A stretch of 64,000 nucleotides of DNA from Gemmatimonadales bacterium (GCA_041615815.1 JBFJCP010000004.1:32001-96000); one strand, 5' to 3'; counted from the first letter of the stretch, positions 38,093-47,303 are shown. Notes: a model not told the origin generated them from the letters alone. Program-made: numbers and translations.

Positions 38093-40998
38093 TATCTGGT
38101 GACGGGTTCGGGGAGCCGAAAATGCTCCTTGGGTGGTTTCAGGGGGCGCAGCAGCCAGAACGGTCGCCGGGTTCGGTCTGGCGAATAGCGGTGAGCCGGT
38201 CGTGTCTTTTGAAGCCACTGTTGGTACACGATCCGGGCTTTTTCGGTGTCGACGGAAATGTCGCCGTAGGCATCATCGGGCTCCGCGCGTCGCACCCGCA
38301 CTGCCTGATGCCAGCAGTGCTGGCCGGAAATCGGATCCGGATGCACGGGGAAGGTCATGTTTTGGTGCACGCCGGCGTCCGTCCACCAGATCCGGCCCGT
38401 GTCGGGATCGGTAGACGGATACGGTTCCACATTCGTCCTGCGTGCGAGATCCCACGTCGAGCCTCGTTGCTGCAAGGCAACCGTGGCCATGAGCTGACGC
38501 TGGCCGTTGTCGCCCACCTTCCAGCGGCCCATGTGGTGACTGCAGGCCACCACGCCCGGTCGGATCCCTTCCGTCACCCACGCTTTCACCACAAAGTAGC
38601 CGATCTCCGTTTCCACCCGGACCAGTTGTGCGGTGCGGACACCGACTCGCGCTGCGTCCACGGGATGAATCCACAGGGGATTCGTGTGGGCGATCTCATC
38701 GAGCCACTTCGCGTTCGCGCTTCGGGTATGGATGTGCACGGGGAGCCGAAAGGTGGAGATGAGCGGCATCTGCCCGTCTTCGAGCTTGTCGGGATGCACG
38801 TGGCTCGGGAGGTAGGTGGGGACCGTGCATTCCGTCCAGCCCCACCTCGCGAGCGTTCGCGAGTAGAACTCCAGGCGCCCACTAGGCGTGGGAAATCCCC
38901 GGAGGATCTTTCCGTCAATGCGCACGCCAACGGCGCGACGTCCCTCGGCGTCGGGGTCGGGGCTCGGTTGGGGAACGACATTGGGTGACGGGTCTTTGGG
39001 TGCCCTGGTGTATACGCGTCCCAAGTGGTCCTCACCGATGTCCTGCAGGTCGTCGGGAGGAACTTCCTGTGCGTAGATGGGCCCGATCGTCCGCTCGATC
39101 TCGAATGCGCCGTAGCGCCGCATGTACTGGAGCGGTGTGAGTCCTTCGGCTGAAGCCCGTTCGGGCAGTCCGGGAACCGAGTGTTCGAATGCGTAGGCGT
39201 AGTACTCATCCACGGTGAGCTTCTCGCCCGGTGCCTTCTTCGATTCCACATACTTCCGAATTCCCAGTTGGCCGTCCGGATCGATTCGCCATGTGAGGTC
39301 CATCCAGAACTCGTTTTCCTCCCACACTTCTCCGGGGTTCACCTCGCGGGTATCCCGCACCGGCTGATTCATTCGGACGCGTGCGGCCCGGAGTACGGGT
39401 TGGCGAAAGCCGATCCACTGGGCGTCATGCGTTTCGTACGAGTGGAGGTCGTGTCGTTCCGAGCTGTGGCCCATGGGTAGCACGTAATCGGCGAAATACG
39501 CCGTCTCGTTCCACGTGGGTGTGAGGGCGACATGGAGTCCAACGAGCTGTTCGTCTGTGAGGACCTCGATCCAGGAGAAGCCATCGGGGTTGGTCCACAC
39601 GGGGTTGTAGACCCGCGTGAAGTACACGTCGATCCGTCCCCGCCCATCCTTGAGGAAGTGCGGAAGCAGGAACGACAGCTCGTTCATGGCGAGTGGGTAT
39701 TCGAGGGGCCAGGTGAGCTCGTTCCATCGGGGTGGATGCGGCGGCGTGTAGATCGGCCTGGGCACGAACTTGTTCCAGGCATTGGGATAGGTACCGCCCG
39801 GGACGGCGACGGCACCCATTAGAGCATTGAGGAAAAAGAGTGAGCGCGAGACTTGCCAGCCGCCTTCATTACCGGCGGCGGCGCTCCGCCAGTTGTGCGT
39901 GGAGAGCCGGGTCCCGGCGGTCGAGACCACCCGGGCAATCTCCGCGATCGTCTCCGCATCCACGCCGGATTCCCGTGCGGCGAAGTCGAAGGTGTACGAG
40001 CGGTAGCGGTCTTTGAGCGCGCGCTCGAAGTTTTCAAACGTTGGTACGAGATCGGATCGTTCAGCCTCCAGATATTCCTGCCAGTTGAACCACCGGCGCA
40101 CGAACTCCCGATTGTAGAGATTGTGTTGAATGAGGTAATTGGCGACCGCTAAGAGGATCGCGGCCTCCGATCCCGGATACGAGGAGACCCAGTGGTCGGC
40201 GTGGGTCGCCGTGTTGGATAGACGCGTATCGAAGACGATGAGTTTGGCCCCGTTCTGCTTGGCGTCGATCACGCGCTGGGCATGCGGGTTGAAGTAATGA
40301 CCGGTCTCCAGATGGGCTGAGACCAGCAGGATGACCCGCGCGTTGGCGTGATCCGGACTCGGTCGGTCGTAACCCATCCAATACTGATAGCCGGCGCGGC
40401 CGCCCGACGAGCAGACGTTGGTGTGCGAGTTGTGACCGTCCACGCCCCAGGCGGCGAGGATCCTTTCAGTGAAGCCGTCCTCTCCCGGCCTTCCCACGTG
40501 ATACATGACTTCGTTGTGACGGTTTTCGGCGATGGCCCTCCCAATGCGGCGCGCGATGTCGCTCAGCGCCTCCTCCCAGCTCACCTGGACCCACGAGCCT
40601 TCCCCCCGAGCACCCGCCCGTTTGAGCGGATAGAGAATGCGATCGGGATCGGTGACCTGATTGATCGTCGCCGGTCCCTTGGCGCAGTTCCGTCCTCTGG
40701 AGCCTGGGTGCTCCGGGTTCCCCTCGAACTTGCGAACCTGGTGCGTTGCTTGGTCGACGTATGCCAGCAGCCCGCAGGCGGATTCACAGTTGAAGCAGGT
40801 GGTGGGCACGAGCATGTACCGATGTTCCCGCCGCTCCGGCCAGGCACGCGAGTCGAGTTCGACCCAGTGGTCCCATCGCTCTTTGGGTGGGTACGCCGCG
40901 AGGTGGATGCGGCTCGGACCGGGGTAGAACGTCTCGCCGCGGGCTTCCGTGGCCGCTCGGGCAGCGCTGAGGCGTCGGTTCAGTTCGTCGAGCGTCAT
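38092..40998 (-). CDS. Mo/W-bisPGD oxidoreductase catalytic subunit (Psr/Ttr/Arr/Soe-like), no Tat signal
   Basis: TTCFNCESACG...NCAKG [4Fe-4S], SHTNVCSS putative Cys ligand, ADYVLP, HTRSAN, WIHPVDA. Confidence 0.9.
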   Translation of the reverse strand: MTLDELNRRLSAARAATEARGETFYPGPSRIHLAAYPPKERWDHWVELDSRAWPERREHRYMLVPTTCFNCESACGLLAYVDQATHQVRKFEGNPEHPGSRGRNCAKGPATINQVTDPDRILYPLKRAGARGEGSWVQVSWEEALSDIARRIGRAIAENRHNEVMYHVGRPGEDGFTERILAAWGVDGHNSHTNVCSSGGRAGYQYWMGYDRPSPDHANARVILLVSAHLETGHYFNPHAQRVIDAKQNGAKLIVFDTRLSNTATHADHWVSSYPGSEAAILLAVANYLIQHNLYNREFVRRWFNWQEYLEAERSDLVPTFENFERALKDRYRSYTFDFAARESGVDAETIAEIARVVSTAGTRLSTHNWRSAAAGNEGGWQVSRSLFFLNALMGAVAVPGGTYPNAWNKFVPRPIYTPPHPPRWNELTWPLEYPLAMNELSFLLPHFLKDGRGRIDVYFTRVYNPVWTNPDGFSWIEVLTDEQLVGLHVALTPTWNETAYFADYVLPMGHSSERHDLHSYETHDAQWIGFRQPVLRAARVRMNQPVRDTREVNPGEVWEENEFWMDLTWRIDPDGQLGIRKYVESKKAPGEKLTVDEYYAYAFEHSVPGLPERASAEGLTPLQYMRRYGAFEIERTIGPIYAQEVPPDDLQDIGEDHLGRVYTRAPKDPSPNVVPQPSPDPDAEGRRAVGVRIDGKILRGFPTPSGRLEFYSRTLARWGWTECTVPTYLPSHVHPDKLEDGQMPLISTFRLPVHIHTRSANAKWLDEIAHTNPLWIHPVDAARVGVRTAQLVRVETEIGYFVVKAWVTEGIRPGVVACSHHMGRWKVGDNGQRQLMATVALQQRGSTWDLARRTNVEPYPSTDPDTGRIWWTDAGVHQNMTFPVHPDPISGQHCWHQAVRVRRAEPDDAYGDISVDTEKARIVYQQWLQKTRPAHRYSPDRTRRPFWLLRPLKPPKEHFRLPEPVTR

Positions 40999-41008
40999 CG
41001 TCTATTCC

Positions 41009-42571
41009 TCAGGCCAGCGGCACGGACTGTCCAGCCTGCACGTAGGCGTGTTCGTGGGCCAGGAGGCCGGCGAGTGCCAGCGGAACCGCGGCGACGCCGA
41101 TCCAGGGAGCCGCGGCCCCGCCGAGGACGAGCACCGCCCCGACCCAGAAGAACATGCGGTAGCGACCATTGGTCATTTCCCAGCTCGCCAGCCGTGCGTG
41201 TGCCGTGGGGTGGGTGAGGCTGGCTTCCCCGGCCACCATGAGCAGGTGCACGACACTGCTGCCGGACAGGAGCCAGGTCACGGCGTTCACCGCGGTTGGC
41301 TCGAACTGCGCCGCCAAGGGAAGAAGCGTGGCGGATCCGGCGAGGACGGCTTGGACGAGGAGGTGTGGTGGAAGGAGCGGGTTTTGCCACAGGTCCCGGG
41401 CTTTGGCCTGTGCGAACAGGTAGGCCGTGTAGACCGCCGTGAGCGCTCCCAATGGGAATCCGGCGATGATGAGCCACGTCTGCCATTCACTCTCGCCGGC
41501 GAGCGTGGCCAGGAAGTGGAGTGCAAGGACTAGCGAGTACCCACCGATGATGTAGGCGCCCTTGACCAACCAGCTCGACCGTTGTGAGTGGGTGAAGATG
41601 AGATGGAAGCGCTCGGGGTGTTCCAGGTCCCAGAGAAGCAACGCGCCCGTGGCGGCCAGAAAGATGCCGCCCAGCACTGGTGCCGCCCACTGCCACAGGG
41701 GACTCGCGCTTCCAATCACCCCCAGCGCCAAGAGGAGCGCAGGAATCAGATAGGCCCCGGCGGCGATGCCTTTGGTCCAGGTGTAGAGGCTGACGCGCCA
41801 ATCCCACGGTGCTTGGTGCGGCACGTCGTAGGATAGGATGGCGGCGGCGGAGCTGTTGGCCGGTCCCGGATGCCCCGACACCACGTTGTTGCTGCCGTGC
41901 CCTCGTTCGCTCCACATGAAGAGGCCGCCCTCGGGCCGCGTTGCCGCGATCGGATCGAGGGTGGCTTGGTGGGCGCCTTTATAGAACAGTTTGGGCCGTG
42001 TCTCTTTTTCCGGTCGCCTGACGGTCACGACATCCCGTTTGACGTAGTGCGACACGGGAGAGCCCGGGTCGTTCAGGTCGCCCACCAGGATCGCTTCGGT
42101 GGGGCAGACGACGACGCAGGCCGGCTCCAGTCCCATGTCAAGCCGATGTGCGCAGAAGTTGCACTTTTCGGCTGCGTGGTCGGCTGGATTGATGAAGATG
42201 GCGTCGTAGGGACATGCCGCAATGCACGCCTTGCAGCCGATGCAGATGGCCTTGTGGAAGTCGACGATGCCGTCGGGCCGCCGATACATGGCGGCGGTGG
42301 GGCAGGCGATGACGCATGGAGGGTCATCGCATTGGTTACAGCGGGTCACCTGAAAAGCCCGCCGCACGTTGGGATACGTCCCGATGTCGACGTACTTCAC
42401 GTAGGTCCGATTGACGGAGAGTGGGACTTCGTTCTCCGACTTGCAGGCGGTGCTACAGGCGTGACAGCCGATGCAGCGGCTGTGATCGATGACCTTCGCC
42501 CATTGGGGGGGGAGGGTTTCGAGTCGCGGTGGTGCCGCCCAGTTCGTCGGCGCCTGCGGTGCAGCCGTCAT
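41009..42571 (-). CDS. 4x[4Fe-4S] (NrfC/PsrB) fused to NrfD/PsrC membrane anchor
   Basis: CIGCHACSTAC, CNQCDDPPCVIACP, CIGCKACIAACP, KCNFC..PACVVVCP; DLEHPERF, SSWLVKGA, YTAYLF, multiple TMs. Confidence 0.92.
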   Translation of the reverse strand: MTAAPQAPTNWAAPPRLETLPPQWAKVIDHSRCIGCHACSTACKSENEVPLSVNRTYVKYVDIGTYPNVRRAFQVTRCNQCDDPPCVIACPTAAMYRRPDGIVDFHKAICIGCKACIAACPYDAIFINPADHAAEKCNFCAHRLDMGLEPACVVVCPTEAILVGDLNDPGSPVSHYVKRDVVTVRRPEKETRPKLFYKGAHQATLDPIAATRPEGGLFMWSERGHGSNNVVSGHPGPANSSAAAILSYDVPHQAPWDWRVSLYTWTKGIAAGAYLIPALLLALGVIGSASPLWQWAAPVLGGIFLAATGALLLWDLEHPERFHLIFTHSQRSSWLVKGAYIIGGYSLVLALHFLATLAGESEWQTWLIIAGFPLGALTAVYTAYLFAQAKARDLWQNPLLPPHLLVQAVLAGSATLLPLAAQFEPTAVNAVTWLLSGSSVVHLLMVAGEASLTHPTAHARLASWEMTNGRYRMFFWVGAVLVLGGAAAPWIGVAAVPLALAGLLAHEHAYVQAGQSVPLA

Positions 42572-42803
42572 CGGCGGTTCTCTCCACAGCAAGTCTGATC
42601 CGAGCGGCAGCGCGCAAGCTCGCTCGCTGGCGCGCGCTCGACCACCGCTGAACTATGCCTTCAGCGAGGTCGCGTCAAGACCGAGGAAGCCTGATCCCAA
42701 CGGCATGCAAGCGTTCCGGAATCGAATGATCAACCCATCGATGAAGCGAATCAGTTGTGAGTGACGTTTTTCTCGAGGGGAATGGTGCGGCGATCGTCGT
42801 CTT

Positions 42804-43106
42804 CTACGGAAGGTCGCAGCTTCGAATGCATCCCAGGATCGCGGTGACCTTGGGTTCGGTGATCCAGTAATAGACGTTCGCGCCTACGCGACGCGAGTCG
42901 ACGATGCCTCGCCCTTTGAGGGTGCTCAACTGCTGCGAGACGGCGGCTTGCGTGGCCCCGCAGAGATTCTGCAGTTGGGACACGGTCAGCTCGCCATGCT
43001 CGAGTGCATCCAGAATGCGCAGGCGGAGTGGGTGACCGAGGCACTTGATGACAGAGGCTGCCCGGTCGAGCACGTCGGGATCGAGCGAATCGAACGAAGT
43101 GGTCAT
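42804..43106 (-). CDS. ArsR/SmtB family regulator (Cys-containing)
   Basis: KCLGHPLRLRIL, ELTVSQL, AVSQQLSTLK, VYY, C-terminal CIRSC. Confidence 0.9.
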   Translation of the reverse strand: MTTSFDSLDPDVLDRAASVIKCLGHPLRLRILDALEHGELTVSQLQNLCGATQAAVSQQLSTLKGRGIVDSRRVGANVYYWITEPKVTAILGCIRSCDLP

Positions 43107-43178
43107 GGTTCCTAGCCTACGTCACGGCTGCGCGGAGTCTGTCTTTCGCGGCCTGTTGGTCTCCGTCCACGGGCAGCC

Positions 43179-43805
43179 TCAGGTCTGCTGTTTGACCTTG
43201 GGTGTCTTCTCCACCGGGTAGCCGCGCTCGAGCCAATCGACCATGCCGCCGAACACGAGCCGCGCGTCCTTGCCCGCTCGCTGCATGATGGACGCCACGA
43301 ACGAGCTTCGAACCTGATCGCCGCACACCAGCGCCAACGGCTTCTGATCGTCCACGCCTTCGAATTTGTCCCACGGCTCGGTCCATTCGAGCACTTCCGA
43401 GCCCGGAATGTGGCCGTACCGGAATTCGAAGCCCTCGCGCGTGTCGATGACGCGGAAGGTATCGAGTCCGTCTTTGAGTTCGTCCACGTTCATGAGGGGC
43501 AGTGTGGCGGTTGGGAAGCCGGTGGCCTTCCAGCCCTTGAGCCCGCCCTCCAGATACCCCGCCACCGTGAAACCGGCCTTGGTCAGAAGATCGACGGCCA
43601 CCTTCGCAATGGGCTCGGGCTCGGCGTGGACGATGTAGGTAGCGCTCGTGGGAAGTGACAACTCGGCCCGATCCGCCAGGTCGGCGCGATTGAACTGGAA
43701 GTTCACCGCTCCGGGCACGTGCTCCGTCGCAAATGGCTTGGGCGGGCGCATGTCGAGAATCACGGCGCCTGCCGCTGCTGCGGCCCGGACGGCTTGCGGT
43801 ATCAT
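43179..43805 (-). CDS. Tandem rhodanese-domain sulfurtransferase
   Basis: LDMR..EHVPGA (domain 1, no Cys); IDTRE..GHIPGS, VCGDQVRS, GGMVDW (domain 2). Confidence 0.88.
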   Translation of the reverse strand: MIPQAVRAAAAAGAVILDMRPPKPFATEHVPGAVNFQFNRADLADRAELSLPTSATYIVHAEPEPIAKVAVDLLTKAGFTVAGYLEGGLKGWKATGFPTATLPLMNVDELKDGLDTFRVIDTREGFEFRYGHIPGSEVLEWTEPWDKFEGVDDQKPLALVCGDQVRSSFVASIMQRAGKDARLVFGGMVDWLERGYPVEKTPKVKQQT

Positions 43806-44602
43806 ACGCCGGCTCCCTTCAGCTCTTCTCTCGAGATCAGGCCGAGGTTGTACGACTTGATGCGCTCAAAGTTTTCGGGAAACGGTTTGGCGGTTTCATG
43901 CACGAACTTGCCAAATGCCTTGGCGTTGGGCTGCCGCATGGCGAGGTTGAACTGCTTTTCAAAGGCGATCGTCGACACCGCCTTGCCGCTCATGTTGACG
44001 CCGCCACACGTCGAACCGCCGTAATGCCCCGGGTACACCTCGACGTAATCAGGGAGGGTGAATAACTTCTCGGTCACGCTGCGGTAGAGCGTCTCGGCTC
44101 GGGCCGTCTCGTCCATGACGTCCACCGCCTGGTCTCCCAGGAGTAGGTCCGGCCGTCCCACATCACCGACGAACAGCGCGTCGCCCGTGAGCACGAACCA
44201 CGGATCGCTGGAGCGCGCGGTATCGGTTACGAGGAACGAGGTGTGCTCCGGCGTGTGGCCTGGCGTGTGGATCGCTTCGAGCCGGATCCCGCCGATCTCG
44301 ATGGTCTCACCGTCTTTGATTGGCGTGAAATCGTACGTCACAAGGCCCTGAGCGGACTCGTGCAGGTAGTGTGGCACCCCGTTCATCTCTGCGAGCTCAC
44401 GGGCGCAGGACACGTAATCGGCATGCACATGCGTTTCGTACACGCCCACGATGCTCAGGCCGAGATCGGCAGCCTCCAATACGTAGAAGTCAGTCCCGAG
44501 GTCTTCGATGGGATCGACGATGACGGCCTCTTTGGCCCGCGGGCATCCTAACAGATACGACGCCTGCGCGAGCGGCTCGTGCCGGAATTGTTTCATGATC
44601 AC
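43802..44602 (-). CDS. MBL-fold persulfide dioxygenase (CstB-like PDO domain)
   Basis: ETHVHADY, HTPGHTPEH, TGDALFVGDVGRPDL, PGHYGGSTCG. Confidence 0.85.
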   Translation of the reverse strand: MIMKQFRHEPLAQASYLLGCPRAKEAVIVDPIEDLGTDFYVLEAADLGLSIVGVYETHVHADYVSCARELAEMNGVPHYLHESAQGLVTYDFTPIKDGETIEIGGIRLEAIHTPGHTPEHTSFLVTDTARSSDPWFVLTGDALFVGDVGRPDLLLGDQAVDVMDETARAETLYRSVTEKLFTLPDYVEVYPGHYGGSTCGGVNMSGKAVSTIAFEKQFNLAMRQPNAKAFGKFVHETAKPFPENFERIKSYNLGLISREELKGAGV

Positions 44603-44605
44603 GGC

Positions 44606-44857
44606 TCAGTCCTCCTCTTCGACTTTCCGCATGTAGAACACAAGCACACCGTCGCCTTCCTCATGCCACTCGAGAAGCTCATTTCCCGTGTCCTCCGCCC
44701 ACGCCGGGAAGTCCGCGATGGACCCGCGGTCTGTGGCGAGGATTTTGAGAATGTCCCCGTCGTCGAGGGAGCGCATTTCTTTGGCGGCCTTCACCACCGG
44801 CATGGGGCAGAGGAGCCCGCGGGCATCGAGGATCTTGGTTTCTTGTACGTCGGGCAT
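44606..44857 (-). CDS. tusA: Sulfur carrier TusA family
   Basis: LDARGLLCPMPVVK, DFPAWAEDTGNELL. Confidence 0.93.
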   Translation of the reverse strand: MPDVQETKILDARGLLCPMPVVKAAKEMRSLDDGDILKILATDRGSIADFPAWAEDTGNELLEWHEEGDGVLVFYMRKVEEED

Positions 44858-44944
44858 CTCATCTCTCCGCTAATGACCTGTCATACGTGTACCATCACGC
44901 CCGTCCGGCTGATCCCGAGTCATGGGGGACGGTCGGAGCGGGCC

Positions 44945-45505
44945 TCACACGAATACCGTCACGTGTGACTTGCGAGCCTCCGAAAGGAATGCGGCAGCGC
45001 CCGCGAACTCCACACCATCGATGAAATCGTCTTCTTCGTATTCAAAGACGTCCATCGTCATCTGGCAGGCAATGAGCCGCACATCCAATTCCCGGGCGGC
45101 ATCCAGGAGCTCGCGAATCGTGGCCACCTTCTTTTTCTTGAACTTCGCCTTCATCATCCCGGTGGCCATGCGGGTCATCCCGGGCATCGCGGTCAGTATG
45201 TCCGGCATGGGTACAGGCATGGGCATGCCCGGATTCCCCACGGGTGACACTTTGAGGAGGTTCTCGAAATCCTTGTGGATGACGTTCAGGCCGTAAAACG
45301 TGAAGAACACCGCTGCGTCCATCCCCGCGGCGGCGGCTGCCGTTGCGAGAATCAGGGGTGGATACGCCCAGTCCAGCGTGCCCTTGGATGCGATGATGCG
45401 GGCGTTCTTGCGCGCGGGATCTCGCTTGAATGCCCGCTGGATCTCCTCGCGGACGATGGTGCGAACGGCTTCCTCGGTGAGTCCGGTCTGATTGGTCTCC
45501 AACAT
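44945..45505 (-). CDS. DsrE2-like (DsrE/DrsE family) sulfur carrier
   Basis: KGTLDWAYPPLILA, FFTFYGL, LIACQMTMDVF, GAAAFL. Confidence 0.9.
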   Translation of the reverse strand: MLETNQTGLTEEAVRTIVREEIQRAFKRDPARKNARIIASKGTLDWAYPPLILATAAAAAGMDAAVFFTFYGLNVIHKDFENLLKVSPVGNPGMPMPVPMPDILTAMPGMTRMATGMMKAKFKKKKVATIRELLDAARELDVRLIACQMTMDVFEYEEDDFIDGVEFAGAAAFLSEARKSHVTVFV

Positions 45506-45580
45506 CGTGGCCTCGCGGGTGGTGTGGGCTGGCCAGGGAGTGGGTACGGAGAATCTGGCGTCCCGCTCGATTGGTGCACC

Positions 45581-45628
45581 ATAATATACGAGAAATGTAA
45601 TATTATAGTATATCATTATTATTGTCAA
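45581..45628 (-). promoter_or_regulatory. AT-rich promoter with 26-bp imperfect palindrome (candidate ArsR operator)
   Basis: TTGACA-N17-TAATAT on minus strand; ATAATAT-N12-ATATTAT at 45581-45606. Confidence 0.7.
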
Positions 45629-45648
45629 CCGACCTGTCAGGCGAGGGC

Positions 45649-47226
45649 ATGACTCCAGTGCATGCAGACGGCGCGCGCCGGATTCGAGTGGCCGACGTGG
45701 TGGCCGGTGGGAGCGTGGCCCTCGTGCTCGCCCCGCAGTCGCTGGCATTTGCCGAGCTGGCTGGTCTGCCGGCCTACCACGGGCTGTATGCGGCGGCCAT
45801 ACCCCCGATCGTGGCTGCCGTCTTTGCCTCCTCCCCCTATTTGCAGACCGGTCCCACGGCCATGACGAGCCTGCTCACCTTCGGCGCCCTGAGCTCACTC
45901 GCCGCAGTCGGCACTCCGAGCTATGTGGCGCTGGCGGCGTTGCTCGCGCTGGTCGTGGGGTTGCTGCGAGTCGGGTTGGGCATGGTGCGGTTGGGGTGGG
46001 TGGCCTACCTGATGTCGCGTCCCATAATCACGGGTTTCACCACGGGTGCGGCCATTCTGATCCTGGCGTCCCAGCTGCCCACGGCACTCGGGGTCGCGGC
46101 GCCGGAGGGGCGCCTTCTGGTTCGTGCATGGTGGGCGCTCACGCACGTGCGCGAGTGGGAGATCGGGGCCCTCGTCCTTGCCGTGGCCACCGTCACGATC
46201 GTGCTGGGCGGTCGCAAGCTCCACGCGTTGTTCCCCGGGGTGCTCGTCGCGCTGGCGTTGGCCTTGGTGGCGAGTGTGCTCATGGGTTACCAGGGATCGG
46301 TCGTGGGATCGGTGCCCAGCGGTCTTCCCCCGGTGTCCCTGGCGCTCCCATGGACCGAGCTGCCCCGTTTGCTCGTGCCGGGTGCCGTGATCGCCCTGGT
46401 CGGGTTTGCCGAGCCCGCGGCGATCGCTCGTACCTACGCGACGCAGGACCGGCAGCCCTGGAGTCCGGATCGGGAGTTCGTGAGCCAGGGTGCCGCCAAT
46501 TTCGCCGCGGGGCTCTCGGGTGGGTTCCCCGTGGGCGGATCGTTCTCCCGCACGTCCCTCAATCGTCTTGCCGGAGGGCGGACGCGGTGGAGCGGTGCTG
46601 TCACGGGTGTCGCGGTCCTCGCGTTTCTACTCGTTGCTGGCATCCTCGCGCCACTCCCAAGGGCCGTTCTCGGGGCGATCGTGATTTCGGCGGTCGTCAC
46701 GCTGATCCAGTTCAAGCCGCTTGTCCGACTCTACCAATACTCGCGCCCGCAGGCGCTGGTAGCGTGGACCACGTTTGTCGCTACGCTCGCCCTGGCCCCC
46801 CGGATCGAGCGAGCGGTGCTGGTGGGGATCGGACTGGCGATCTTCATTCACTTGTGGCGGGAGCTTCGCCTTCATGTTTCCACCCGATACCAGGGGACCA
46901 CCCTGCGCCTCGCGCCGAAGGGCGTCCTCTTCTTTGCCTCGGCGCCGAACCTGGATGAAGCCTTTCTGCGCGAGCTGGCAGCGCATCCGGAGACGGAGCG
47001 CGTCGTCGTGGATCTCTCGGGTCTCGGTCGGATCGACTACACGGGAGCGCTCGCGCTGAAGGACGTCACCGATGACGCCCGGGGGGCCGGCCTCAAGGTC
47101 GAGTTGACCGGCGTTCCGCCGCAGGCACGCCGCGTCCTCGTCCGCGTCATCGGCGCAGACTGGCCGCTGCTCCGCTCACACAAATGGGACGTTCGCGCTG
47201 ACCCGGTCGTGCCTCCCACCCCATAG
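45649..47226 (+). CDS. SulP family anion transporter with STAS domain
   Basis: PQSLAFAELAGLP..GLYAA, GPTA, GSFSRT, LFFASA, IDYTG. Confidence 0.93.
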   Translation: MTPVHADGARRIRVADVVAGGSVALVLAPQSLAFAELAGLPAYHGLYAAAIPPIVAAVFASSPYLQTGPTAMTSLLTFGALSSLAAVGTPSYVALAALLALVVGLLRVGLGMVRLGWVAYLMSRPIITGFTTGAAILILASQLPTALGVAAPEGRLLVRAWWALTHVREWEIGALVLAVATVTIVLGGRKLHALFPGVLVALALALVASVLMGYQGSVVGSVPSGLPPVSLALPWTELPRLLVPGAVIALVGFAEPAAIARTYATQDRQPWSPDREFVSQGAANFAAGLSGGFPVGGSFSRTSLNRLAGGRTRWSGAVTGVAVLAFLLVAGILAPLPRAVLGAIVISAVVTLIQFKPLVRLYQYSRPQALVAWTTFVATLALAPRIERAVLVGIGLAIFIHLWRELRLHVSTRYQGTTLRLAPKGVLFFASAPNLDEAFLRELAAHPETERVVVDLSGLGRIDYTGALALKDVTDDARGAGLKVELTGVPPQARRVLVRVIGADWPLLRSHKWDVRADPVVPPTP

Positions 47227-47269
47227 CCTCCCGAGCGCCGGGAACATCCACCCCATTTCGCCATATCAA

Positions 47270-47303
47270 GTTCACCTTTTCTTCACTGGGCCAGACCCAG
47301 CCT
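47270..47303 (+). promoter_or_regulatory. Pho-box-like direct repeat plus -10 upstream of beta-barrel gene
   Basis: GTTCACC-N4-CTTCACT-N10-CAGCCT. Confidence 0.45.

Noticed and set aside
40960..40998. RR pair at the Mo enzyme N-terminus as a Tat signal
   Set aside because: Lacks the xFLK consensus and a hydrophobic h-region.
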